Shown here: positions 50,387-59,412 of the stretch, piece by piece
Position numbering within the stretch: position 1 is the first letter of the stretch
Layout: every line of letters starts with the position of its first letter
Origin: Thermoproteota archaeon
Lineage (GTDB): Archaea; Thermoproteota; Methanomethylicia; Culexarchaeales; Culexarchaeaceae
Length of the DNA stretch: 64,000 nt
NCBI GenBank assembly: GCA_020833005.1
Contig: JAJHRD010000002.1
Coordinates: 70,287-134,286 of the forward strand
Reading direction: 5' to 3'
Made by a program: the position numbers and the translations under genes
The notes under the pieces: generated by a model
Seen by the model: only the letters and a program-made list of their open reading frames with translations
What the model was told of the DNA's origin: nothing
Database searches by the model: none

Positions 50387-50881
50387 ATGTACGAAAGAAT
50401 AAAGAACCTGATAATGACAATACATAACATAAGTTCACAACAAAGGTTAATTGAACTAGCAAAAGTATTCTATGGATTGGGATACAAGAATCTAGTAATA
50501 TCTAAAGCCACTGGAACAGCAGCTCAGATTGGAATACCAGAAGTACAAAAGATATCAATAAAAAATGGGGGGAAACTCATAATAACTGCAGACTTGGAAG
50601 ATGCAATAGAACTAATAAAACCAAACACGATAATCCTATTAACGCAAAAAGCGTACGGAAAAACCGCATATAAACCTGAAAACATTGCAGAGAAACTAAG
50701 TAGGGGGTTAACCGTAATGATAGTGATCGGAGGATTAGAACCTGGATTAACATCAAGAGATCTATCCTTAGGCGAACCCACATATATTCAAGGCATAGAA
50801 GGAGACTTAGGGTCAGTTGGATTGGCAACTATAGCCCTATATGAATTGAAAAAGCATATAGAAAATCATAAAACATGTTAA
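50387..50881 (+). CDS. SPOUT-like (trefoil-knot) methyltransferase-like protein. ATG immediately follows the dcm stop.
   Basis: 164 aa. C-terminal VIGGLEPGLT ... IQGIEGDLGSVGLATIALYEL resembles TrmH/aTrm56-type SPOUT motifs 2 and 3 (G.E..GL ... hs.A.Ai.LYE). Family not assignable with certainty. Confidence 0.45.
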   Translation: MYERIKNLIMTIHNISSQQRLIELAKVFYGLGYKNLVISKATGTAAQIGIPEVQKISIKNGGKLIITADLEDAIELIKPNTIILLTQKAYGKTAYKPENIAEKLSRGLTVMIVIGGLEPGLTSRDLSLGEPTYIQGIEGDLGSVGLATIALYELKKHIENHKTC

Positions 50882-51306
50882 TGCAATATTAGGAATGGTC
50901 TAAACTTTAAAATATCCTTTAAAACTCTATCCACATAATCATTAAGATAATTCGCGACATCCTGTGTTGTGAGAACCCCATAGATAATCCCATCCCTAAC
51001 AACTGGAAGTTTACGAACCCTCTTCTCACTCATAATAGCGGCAGCCTCGCTTAAAGTGGCATCAGGATCGATAGTTAAAAGTGGGGTCGTCATAATATCA
51101 GATAACTTAGTGGTTTTAGGGTCTCTATCGGCAGCTAAAACCTTACTGATCAAATCCTCTTCAGTAACAATTCCAACAGGTTTACCGCCATCCAAAACAA
51201 TGATGTATGGAATCTTCTTCTCAACCATAAGCTTTGCAGCTTCAAAAACGCTCAAATTCTTGTCAGCAGATAAAATAACCCTAGACATATAATCTTTAAC
51301 AGACAT
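50878..51306 (-). CDS. CBS-domain pair protein
   Basis: 142 aa. Two CBS motifs (VGIVTEEDLISKV; IYGVLTTQDVANYL). Confidence 0.75.
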   Translation of the reverse strand: MSVKDYMSRVILSADKNLSVFEAAKLMVEKKIPYIIVLDGGKPVGIVTEEDLISKVLAADRDPKTTKLSDIMTTPLLTIDPDATLSEAAAIMSEKRVRKLPVVRDGIIYGVLTTQDVANYLNDYVDRVLKDILKFRPFLILH

Positions 51307-51486
51307 ATTTAAATCACTAAAATAATTTAAAGATAATATTGAAATATAAAGTTTGACTTACAAAACGATAATAAGAATTCTGATTCAATTACAGAATTAT
51401 CAAATAATTATGCAAAAACAGCACATGTAAGTTTAAGGGGATGATCATTCTTTGTAAAGATGGAAGTTTCCTTTTCTGTCTGATGG

Positions 51487-51560
51487 TGGGCGGGCTGGGA
51501 TTCGAACCCAGGACCACCGCCGTGTCAGGGCGGTATCCTAACCAGCTAGACGACCCGCCC
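51487..51560 (-). tRNA. tRNA-Val (anticodon GAC)
   Basis: Reverse complement gives acceptor GGGCGGG/CCCGCCC. Anticodon stem CCGCC/GGCGG with loop CUGACAC. T-arm CTGGG-TTCGAAT-CCCAG. Confidence 0.8.
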
Positions 51561-51671
51561 CCTCTCATACTTACATAGGACTGAAATTAAATAAACTTTT
51601 TTTGTTATATCCCTTTTTATTTGGAATTGTTAAGTTCAAAATTTTATATCTATGAGGTAATTTATATTATT

Positions 51672-51745
51672 GGGCCGGTAGCTCAGCCTGGAAGAGCATC
51701 CGCCTCGCACGCGGGAGGTCGCGGGTTCAAATCCCGCCCGGTCCA
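51672..51745 (+). tRNA. tRNA-Ala (anticodon CGC)
   Basis: Same backbone as the 20464 tRNA-Ala, including the G3:U70 pair. Anticodon loop CUCGCAC. Confidence 0.85.
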
Positions 51746-51895
51746 CTAAACTTGAACCTAATAGACCCCTAAAGTATAGATGACTATTTATAGTGTCATC
51801 ATAGGTCATTTGTAAGAAATGATGCACTGAAAATGATGTTAACAGGATTTAAAGGCATTAAATAGTTGTGCATTTATAGGCGATATTCTCCAGCT

Positions 51896-53275
51896 CTATA
51901 TTTTCTTGCCTGGATTCATGATGTTGTATGGGTCTAGAGTCTGCTTTATCATTGATAGTAATTTTAATGTGTTTGCATCTATTTCAAGAGGCAGATACTG
52001 TTTTTTAGCTATGCCAATACCATGTTCTCCACTTAAAGCACCATTATTTTTTACTGCTATCTTGAATATGTTTTCTTTAATTTTCTCTATTTCAGGGGTT
52101 AGAGATTTCTCCTTTGGAACTAGTATGCTTGGATGTAAATGTCCATCACCAGCATGTCCAAAAACAGCGATATTTACATTGAATTTACTGCTTAATGATT
52201 TTATTTCCATAATCGTTTTCGGGAGTAGAGATACTGGCACTATAATATCTTCATCTATTCTACCACCGTAAACCTTTTCAAGGGATTCTCCAGCAAGCTT
52301 CCTTTTCCTCCACATTTCATCAGCATTATAATATACATGAACATTTTCATCAGGTATTCCAAGGTTTTTTAGATAAGACGCCAGAGCTTCAAGCTTATTA
52401 TCCATATCGTTACTTGAGAAGGCCTCAATCTCCAATAGTATTATTGCATCCGATTCTGGGAGACTTGCATTATACGCTTTGTTTATAGCAGCTATGGTTA
52501 TATCATCCATTAACTCTATTGCAGAAATGTCTATGTTTAGTTTTGTCAACGCAACTATAATTTCGCCTGCATTTTCCAAATTATTGCTGGATATGGATAC
52601 TCCAATTCTATATTGCGGTTTAGGGGCAACCCTCAACAATGCTTTAGTTATTATCCCAAGAGTCCCCTCACTACCAACAATAAGTGACACTAAATTGTAT
52701 GCGGACACCCACTTCTTTGTCCTTGAACCAATCCACACCTTACCAACAGAGGAAGTTATAACTTCCAACCCTAAAACCCAATTTTTAATGGTGCCATATT
52801 TGTAACTGCGAGGGCCAGCAGAATTTTCAGCAAGCATCCCACCTATAGTGCATTGATCTCCAGTTGCAGGATTTGGGGGTAAGAATAGGTTATATTTAGA
52901 TAGAAAGTCATTTAAATTGTCATATATGACTCCAGGCTCCACCAAAACTTGCAAATTATTTAAATCGAATTCCAAAATCCTATTCATCCGTTTAAAATCC
53001 ACAATTATTCCACCAAATATTGGGACACTACCACCGCTAAGTGAAGTCCCGCCACCTCTAGGAATAAGTGGAATTCTAAATTCCTTAGCCACCTCAACCA
53101 ATTTTTCCACTTCTTCAGAAGTTTCAGGTATTACCGCAAGAGATGGTTTACCTTTAATGTATGATTGATCCTCCTCATATTGTTTTAAGATTTCCTCATC
53201 AATAATGATCCTATCCCCAAATATGCTTCTCAACTTGGATAAACACAGTTCACTAACACCACGCATAAGGCTCAC
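51896..53275 (-). CDS. glcD: FAD-linked oxidase (GlcD / D-lactate dehydrogenase family)
   Basis: 459 aa. N-terminal FAD-binding PCMH domain (RIPLIPRGGGTSLSGGSVP) plus a C-terminal FAD-oxidase domain (GHAGDGHLHP). Confidence 0.75.
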   Translation of the reverse strand: MSLMRGVSELCLSKLRSIFGDRIIIDEEILKQYEEDQSYIKGKPSLAVIPETSEEVEKLVEVAKEFRIPLIPRGGGTSLSGGSVPIFGGIIVDFKRMNRILEFDLNNLQVLVEPGVIYDNLNDFLSKYNLFLPPNPATGDQCTIGGMLAENSAGPRSYKYGTIKNWVLGLEVITSSVGKVWIGSRTKKWVSAYNLVSLIVGSEGTLGIITKALLRVAPKPQYRIGVSISSNNLENAGEIIVALTKLNIDISAIELMDDITIAAINKAYNASLPESDAIILLEIEAFSSNDMDNKLEALASYLKNLGIPDENVHVYYNADEMWRKRKLAGESLEKVYGGRIDEDIIVPVSLLPKTIMEIKSLSSKFNVNIAVFGHAGDGHLHPSILVPKEKSLTPEIEKIKENIFKIAVKNNGALSGEHGIGIAKKQYLPLEIDANTLKLLSMIKQTLDPYNIMNPGKKI

Positions 53276-53366
53276 CCATCACAGCAATATTCGATGTTAA
53301 ATTTATTAATGTTTGGTAAATAACATTATCCTTCCACATTGGCATTGTAAAAGAGAAAGTTTAGAT

Positions 53367-53441
53367 GTGGGCCCGGTGGGATTTGAACCCACGACCCCCC
53401 GGTTATCAGCCGAGTGCTCTAACCATGCTGAGCTACGGGCC
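53367..53441 (-). tRNA. tRNA-Ile (anticodon GAT)
   Basis: Reverse complement gives acceptor GGGCCCG/CGGGCCC. Anticodon stem CTCGG/CCGGG with loop CUGAUAA. T-arm GTGGG-TTCAAAT-CCCAC. Confidence 0.8.
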
Positions 53442-53510
53442 CATGCAGACAATATATCTATCTACAAAAATTTAAGATTTCATTTCATAATAAATTCTTT
53501 TTGGACGCAC

Positions 53511-54413
53511 ATGTATGATGAGGAGTATATTGAAAAAACTTTGAAGGCTGGTGAAATTGTAAATAGAGTTTTAAGGGATTTACCAAGAATGGTGAAGCCT
53601 GGAGTAAAAGTTTTTGATTTATGTGAGAAGATAGAGAATCTAATAATTGAGGGAGGAGGGAAGCCAGCTTTCCCATGCAACATATCCATAAACAACATAG
53701 CAGCCCATTATACAGCGTTTCCAGAAGATCAATCAATAATTCCAGATGATGCGGTGGTTAAGGTTGATATAGGTGCCCATTTTGATGGTTACATAGTGGA
53801 TGCGGCAACCACCATATCATTCAACAGCAAGTACGATGACATGGTTGAAGCGAGTAGGATAGCTTTGAAGAATGCATTGAAAGTAATTAAGCCGGGGGTA
53901 AGGGTGAGCACAGTGTCAAAGGAAATTGAAAGGACAATTAGTGGATTTGGGTATAAGCCAATAAGCAATTTAACGGGACATATGCTTAAACGATACATAT
54001 TGCATGGCGGGAAAAATATACCTAATGTTTATGGGGAATATCCATGGATCATGGAGGAAGGGGAGATATATGCAATTGAACCATTCGCTACTGATGGTAT
54101 AGGTAGCGTTACTGAAATGCAACAAGCATACATATACTCTTTAGCAAAAGTACATTCTGGAAGAACAAGACTGGAAAAAGAATTATTAAGGTACATTTAT
54201 GACAACTTTAAAACACTTCCATTCTGCGAAAGGTGGTTGAAAAATTTTAATGTGAAGCAGGAAAATATAAGGGAAATAATTTATAGATTGGTTGAGAATG
54301 GGGCATTAAACATTTATCCAGTTTTGAGAGAAGTTAAGAATGGTATAGTAACTCAATTTGAAACAACAGTGATAGTTTCAAAAGAGGGACCAATAATAAC
54401 TACGGAAATGTGA
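53511..54413 (+). CDS. map: Methionine aminopeptidase, type 2
   Basis: About 300 aa from the internal ATG (MYDEEYIEKT...). M24A metal-binding blocks (DIGAHFDGYIVDAA, HGG, EPF) plus the type-2 insertion. The ORF-track N-terminal extension overlaps tRNA-Ile and is rejected. Confidence 0.85.
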   Translation: MYDEEYIEKTLKAGEIVNRVLRDLPRMVKPGVKVFDLCEKIENLIIEGGGKPAFPCNISINNIAAHYTAFPEDQSIIPDDAVVKVDIGAHFDGYIVDAATTISFNSKYDDMVEASRIALKNALKVIKPGVRVSTVSKEIERTISGFGYKPISNLTGHMLKRYILHGGKNIPNVYGEYPWIMEEGEIYAIEPFATDGIGSVTEMQQAYIYSLAKVHSGRTRLEKELLRYIYDNFKTLPFCERWLKNFNVKQENIREIIYRLVENGALNIYPVLREVKNGIVTQFETTVIVSKEGPIITTEM

Positions 54414-54417
54414 GGAG

Positions 54418-57400
54418 TTACCATAATTTCCATAAGAGGCCATCCATATATTCATTCAGAGAACGAATAGTCATGTATTTCACTTGCTTCATAGCTTTAA
54501 CCAGTGCTTTAGCCAATTCAACGGTTGTTATCAGTGGGATATTGAACTCCACAGCTATACGTCTAAGCTTATATTCATCATGATACTCTTTGTAGTGGGA
54601 GTTATTTTTAGAGCATACATTTATTACAATGTCCACCATCCTCCTCTTAATAACATTTATTGGCGCATTATCTTCATTAAAAACGGCGATTTCATAAGGA
54701 GGTGCATATTGACCATTGAAGCAATCATTTAATAGTTCAAAAGTACGTTTAGTGAGGTATACTTTAAAACCAATTCTAATTAAATCAGCAATTATTTCTT
54801 TAATGTCGTTTATCTTCGTATTGTCACTAATACTTAACAAAACGGTACCATTTCTAATTGGTAAGTTAAGTTCTGCTGCGTGAAGAGCCTTCAATAATGC
54901 GTCAGCAAAGTTCTCACCCAAACATGCCACTTCACCTGTACTCCTCATCTCCACTCCAAGCACGGGATCTGCACCGGATAATCTCATAAAACTAAACTGG
55001 GGAACTTTGACACCCACATGAGGTATTGGTGGTAACTCAAATATTCCAATATCCCTAAACCTTTTACCTAAAATTGCCATTGCCGCTAAATCTATTAAAT
55101 TTACACCAACAGTTTTACTTGTATATGGGAATGACCTTGAAGCCCTCAAGTTACATTCAATTACATAAACAACGTTATCTTTTACCAAAAACTGAATGTT
55201 AAATGGTCCAACAATCTTAAGCCTCCTAGCTATTTTACTAGAGTAATCTCTGATAACATTTATGATTGAGGGCGCTAGAGTTTGAGGTGGCATACACATG
55301 GTTGCATCACCACTATGCACCCCAGCCTCCTCCACATGCTCAATAATGGCACCTATAATGACATCATCGCCATCAGAAACGCCGTCAACCTCCACTTCCT
55401 TGGCTCCACTAATAAATTTTGAAATCACCACAGGATGTTCTGGGGAAACTTTAGTGGCGAGGGATAAATATTCTTCTAATTCCTTCTCATCATAAGCTAC
55501 ACGCATACTTGAACCTGATAAAACGTAACTTGGCCTTATTATTACGGGGTAACCGATCTTGGAAGCAAATAGTTTTGCTTCATCAATCGTTTTAAAAGAG
55601 CCCCAAGCAGGTTGAGGTATTTGTAATTCATCTAATATGGAGCTAAATTTAGCTCTATCCTCGGCCATATCAATACTTATAGGCGAAGTACCGAGAATAT
55701 TAACACCATTCATACTCAACTTCAAAGCAAGATTATTGGGTATTTGACCACCTACAGAAACTATTACTCCAATAGGTTTCTCAAATTCATAAATATCTAA
55801 AATTCTCTCTAAACTCAATTCCTCAAAGTAAAGCTTGTCTGAAACATCATAATCCGTTGAAACGGTTTCAGGATTGTAATTTATCAATATAACCTCCTTA
55901 ATACCATGCTTCTTTAAAGCCCAAACCATATTCACTGCACACCAATCAAACTCAACGCTAGATCCTATTCTAAACACACCAGAACCTAAAACTATGATCT
56001 TACTTTTTTCAGGTGAACTTTCTGTTGTTATGTCATTTTCATCCCCACAATATGTTAAGTATAGGTAATTGGTTTTCGCAGGCCATTCAGCAGCTAAAGT
56101 ATCTATTTGCTTTACACAAGGAAAAATTCCAAACTTTTTCCTTAACATTCGCACATAATCTTCTGCAACTCCCAAGCATAACGCTATTTGCTTATCTGAA
56201 AAACCAAGCCGTTTTGCTTCTTTTATTAATACCGCGATATTCTTGTCATTTATATTTGCTTTACGGAGTTTCTCCTCCATATCTACAATGTTTTTAATTT
56301 TATATAAGTAGAAGGGGTCTATGCCGCTAAGCTCATATATCTTTTCGATACTAACACCAAGTTTTATGGCTTTAACTATCTTGAATATTCTATCATCTCT
56401 TGGATGGGAAATTGCATATAGAATGTCTTCAAGCGATTCACATTCATTTTCATCAGTATTACACACTAAACCATTTTTCCCAATATCCAGCATTCTAATG
56501 GCTTTTTGTAATGCTTCTTCAAAACATCTCCCAATGGCCATAACTTCTCCTACAGACTTCATCTGAGTGCCTAAACTTCGATCTACACCAACAAACTTTT
56601 GAAAATCCCATCTTGGAAATTTAACAACCACATAATCCAAGGCTGGTTCAAAACATGCCGTTGTAACCTTTGTCACTTTATTGATAAGTTCTGGCAATAA
56701 GTAGCCTATCGACAACTTGGCAGATATATATGCAAGCGGATATCCAGTGGCTTTACTAGCCAAAGCAGAACTCCTCGACATACGCGCATTAACCTCAATA
56801 ACCCTAAATTCCTCAGAATTAGGATCCAAAGCCCATTGAATATTACATTCACCAACTATTCCTAAACTTTGAATAACCCTAATCGATGCAGACCTTAGAA
56901 TATGATATTCGCGATTAGTAAGAGTTTGTGATGGAGCAACAACAATAGAGTCTCCAGTATGTATCCCCATTGGATCCACATTCTCCATACAACAAACAGC
57001 AATGCAGTTATTCGCATAATCACGCATCATTTCGAATTCTATCTCTTTCCAATGCTCCAAATATTCTTCCACGAGAACTTGGGAGATGGCGCTTTGAGTT
57101 AATGCACGCTCAACGATTTCAATCAATTCTGAATCATTATGGGCTACTCCAGAGCCTTTCCCACCAAGAGTGTATGCCACCCTCACCACAACGGGATAAC
57201 CTATATCTTTAGCTGCTTTCAAAGCTTCTTCAACGGAGGTTGCGGAGAAACTTCTAGGTACAGGGATTCCCGCATTTATCATTGCATTTTTAAATAGCTC
57301 CCTATCTTCAGTTTTCTCTATGGCATCTATAGGCGTACCTAAAACCTTAACGTTATATTTATCGAGAATACCCATTTTAGACAATTGTACGCCACAATTC

Positions 57401-57687
57401 AATGCCGTTTGACCTCCAAAGCCGAGTAGAATACCATCAGGCTTCTCTTTCTTAATAACCTCCTCCACATAAAATGGAGTTACAGGTAGAAGGTATATTT
57501 TGTTTGCAAGCTTAGGATCTGTTTGTATTGTTGCAACATTTGGATTCACCAGTATAGTCTCAATCCCCTCCTCCCTCAAAGCCTTCAAACACTGACTACC
57601 AGAGTAATCAAATTCTGCTGCTTCACCAATCTTTATAGCTCCACTCCCCAATATCAGCACTTTTCGAATACCATCAAGTTTAGGCAT
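54418..57687 (-). CDS. carB: Carbamoyl-phosphate synthase large subunit
   Basis: 1089 aa. Duplicated ATP-grasp halves, oligomerisation domain and MGS-like C-terminus. Confidence 0.9.
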   Translation of the reverse strand: MPKLDGIRKVLILGSGAIKIGEAAEFDYSGSQCLKALREEGIETILVNPNVATIQTDPKLANKIYLLPVTPFYVEEVIKKEKPDGILLGFGGQTALNCGVQLSKMGILDKYNVKVLGTPIDAIEKTEDRELFKNAMINAGIPVPRSFSATSVEEALKAAKDIGYPVVVRVAYTLGGKGSGVAHNDSELIEIVERALTQSAISQVLVEEYLEHWKEIEFEMMRDYANNCIAVCCMENVDPMGIHTGDSIVVAPSQTLTNREYHILRSASIRVIQSLGIVGECNIQWALDPNSEEFRVIEVNARMSRSSALASKATGYPLAYISAKLSIGYLLPELINKVTKVTTACFEPALDYVVVKFPRWDFQKFVGVDRSLGTQMKSVGEVMAIGRCFEEALQKAIRMLDIGKNGLVCNTDENECESLEDILYAISHPRDDRIFKIVKAIKLGVSIEKIYELSGIDPFYLYKIKNIVDMEEKLRKANINDKNIAVLIKEAKRLGFSDKQIALCLGVAEDYVRMLRKKFGIFPCVKQIDTLAAEWPAKTNYLYLTYCGDENDITTESSPEKSKIIVLGSGVFRIGSSVEFDWCAVNMVWALKKHGIKEVILINYNPETVSTDYDVSDKLYFEELSLERILDIYEFEKPIGVIVSVGGQIPNNLALKLSMNGVNILGTSPISIDMAEDRAKFSSILDELQIPQPAWGSFKTIDEAKLFASKIGYPVIIRPSYVLSGSSMRVAYDEKELEEYLSLATKVSPEHPVVISKFISGAKEVEVDGVSDGDDVIIGAIIEHVEEAGVHSGDATMCMPPQTLAPSIINVIRDYSSKIARRLKIVGPFNIQFLVKDNVVYVIECNLRASRSFPYTSKTVGVNLIDLAAMAILGKRFRDIGIFELPPIPHVGVKVPQFSFMRLSGADPVLGVEMRSTGEVACLGENFADALLKALHAAELNLPIRNGTVLLSISDNTKINDIKEIIADLIRIGFKVYLTKRTFELLNDCFNGQYAPPYEIAVFNEDNAPINVIKRRMVDIVINVCSKNNSHYKEYHDEYKLRRIAVEFNIPLITTVELAKALVKAMKQVKYMTIRSLNEYMDGLLWKLW

Positions 57688-57691
57688 GAAA

Positions 57692-58825
57692 TCACCTCAG
57701 CATTCTTATAAATACATCAAAGAAGAAACATGTATCGAGGGGGCCTGGAGAACCTTCAGGATGCCATTGAACGGAAAAAGCATCTTTCTCCACATGCCTT
57801 ATTCCTTCAACAGTTCCATCATTAGCATTTACATACCAAACTTTCAACTTGGTATCTTTCAATGACGAAGCATCCACAGCAAACCCATGATTTTGAGAAG
57901 TTATAAAGCAAGTATTATTTTCAATATTTAGTACTGGCTGATTTTGAGATCTGTGACCATACTTCAATTTATACGTCGAACCACCCAAAGCTAAAGCGAG
58001 TATTTGATTTCCAAGGCAAATCCCAAAGGTGGGAATACCACTATCAACAATTTCCCTTACAGTTGCAATAGTTTCAGTTAATAATGCTGGATCACCAGGA
58101 CCATTGCTTATTAAAACACCATGAGGCTTATAAGATAAAATATCTTCAAATGGGAAGTTATATGGAACTCTAATAACATTAACCCCTCTTCTCAAAAGGT
58201 TGCGAATTATACTCAACTTAACTCCACAATCTATCACGACAACATTCTTATCGCTACCAATATGGTAGGATATAGGCTCTTTAATGGAAACTTTTTCCAC
58301 AAGATTACTTTCAATCGGATTAGCTGAGCACTTCAATTCCTCAAATAATTTCCCAGAATCAACAGATACACATTCATCAAACACGTAAAGTAAACCCATC
58401 ATAACACCTTTGGACCTTAATTTCTTAGTAATACTCCTAGTATCAACGCCAAAAATACCTGGAACACCATTTTCAAGCAACCACTCATTAAAAGATTTAG
58501 AGGAAGCCCAATGTGAGGGCATAGTACATAAATCACTAATGACAACACCCGAAACTTTTATACCAAATGACTCGAAGTATAGAGGTATGTTAAACTCGTC
58601 AACTAAGTCTAATGATGGAACACCATAATTTCCAATCAATGGGTATGTAAACAATAAAATTTGACCCATATATGAGGGGTCGGTTAAAGCTTCAGTATAT
58701 CCAACCATAGAAGTCGAAAAAACAACTTCCCCTACAACCTTAGTGGAAGCGCCGAATCCATAACCAACATAAGTAGAGCCATCCTCAAGAATTAGCACAG
58801 CCCTTTTAAATATTGTCTCAGTCAT
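57692..58825 (-). CDS. carA: Carbamoyl-phosphate synthase small subunit (glutamine amidotransferase)
   Basis: Class I GATase triad region (GICLGNQ, H-x-E). Start trimmed to MTETIFKRAVLILEDGS. Confidence 0.85.
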   Translation of the reverse strand: MTETIFKRAVLILEDGSTYVGYGFGASTKVVGEVVFSTSMVGYTEALTDPSYMGQILLFTYPLIGNYGVPSLDLVDEFNIPLYFESFGIKVSGVVISDLCTMPSHWASSKSFNEWLLENGVPGIFGVDTRSITKKLRSKGVMMGLLYVFDECVSVDSGKLFEELKCSANPIESNLVEKVSIKEPISYHIGSDKNVVVIDCGVKLSIIRNLLRRGVNVIRVPYNFPFEDILSYKPHGVLISNGPGDPALLTETIATVREIVDSGIPTFGICLGNQILALALGGSTYKLKYGHRSQNQPVLNIENNTCFITSQNHGFAVDASSLKDTKLKVWYVNANDGTVEGIRHVEKDAFSVQWHPEGSPGPLDTCFFFDVFIRMLR

Positions 58826-59061
58826 TGGAATGTTTTCAGCCTCCAAGAACTTGAAGAGAAAGACGCTTTAAATTTTATGTTACAAATGTAACGAGAAGGG
58901 GATTCATCAGAAAATAAGAGCATCATCGTAAGAATGACATTAGGATTGCCATGAACCCTAGAAATAAAAATGTTACCTAATAAACGTCATTTCATCATCA
59001 CAAATTATAAAAATGGTTCCTCAAATTCAGAGTAAAAATATTAAGTTTATGTAATGTTTTG

Positions 59062-59137
59062 AAGCCTCGGGCGGGATTCGAACCCGCGACCTACGCCTTA
59101 CCAAGGCGCCGCTCTAACCAGGCTGAGCTACCGAGGC
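59062..59137 (-). tRNA. tRNA-Thr (anticodon GGT)
   Basis: Reverse complement gives acceptor GCCTCGG/CCGAGGC. Anticodon stem GCGCC/GGCGT with loop UUGGUAA. T-arm GCGGG-TTCGAAT-CCCGC. Confidence 0.8.
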
Positions 59138-59207
59138 ATTACACCAATATAAATTAAAAATATAAAGATTCTTTAAGTTTTTGCTGGAATGGCAATAGCA
59201 TGCTACA

Positions 59208-59372
59208 CTACTTCTTTATGAGATCCATGAACCTAGCGCAATTAACACAGACTTGCATGCCCTCCCTCTCCGTTATACAGTTTTTACACACGTTTTTGAA
59301 ACACATTTCACACTTGTATATTTCATTAACTTTAGCTCCACATATTGGACATGTATACAAAGCGCTTTTCAC
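59208..59372 (-). CDS. Small zinc-ribbon protein (4x CxxC), unannotated
   Basis: 54-aa minus-strand ORF from GTG (preceded by AGGTG): VKSALYTCPICGAKVNEIYKCEMCFKNVCKNCITEREGMQVCVNCARFMDLIKK. Four evenly spaced CxxC pairs. Below the ORF-track cutoff. The + strand 64-aa ORF here is its shadow. Confidence 0.4.
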   Translation of the reverse strand: MKSALYTCPICGAKVNEIYKCEMCFKNVCKNCITEREGMQVCVNCARFMDLIKK

Positions 59373-59412
59373 CTTTAAAAATAAATTATTGTAAAATAAT
59401 ATTTATTCTTTG

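Noticed and set aside
51425-51482. GAUGAUC ... CUGA arrangement downstream of the CBS gene
   Set aside because: The C box has a mismatch in the core (UGAUCA), no convincing C'/D' and weak terminal pairing. Kept only as a very weak possibility.
51636-51827. 63-aa minus ORF
   Set aside because: Overlaps tRNA-Ala(CGC). Contains the GFEPAT tRNA-derived pseudo-peptide.
49205-53500. Possible integrated element at tRNA-Ser / tRNA-Ile
   Set aside because: No integrase, no direct repeat of a tRNA 3' half beyond the generic T-arm consensus shared by all tRNAs, and no viral or plasmid genes. Treated only as an accessory-like patch.
53313-53510. N-terminal 66-aa extension of the MetAP ORF
   Set aside because: Overlaps tRNA-Ile on the opposite strand (GFEPTTP pseudo-peptide). 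Canonical MetAP2 begins at the internal ATG 53511.
58890-59000. Minus-strand GUGAUGA ... CUGA pair in the carA-tRNA-Thr spacer
   Set aside because: The boxes are about 100 nt apart, which is too long for an archaeal C/D sRNA, and the internal boxes are not convincing.
59200-59394. 64-aa + strand ORF (MLHYFFMRSMNLAQ...)
   Set aside because: Hydrophobic, motif-free, and the shadow of the minus-strand 4xCxxC zinc-ribbon ORF, which has a far more protein-like pattern.
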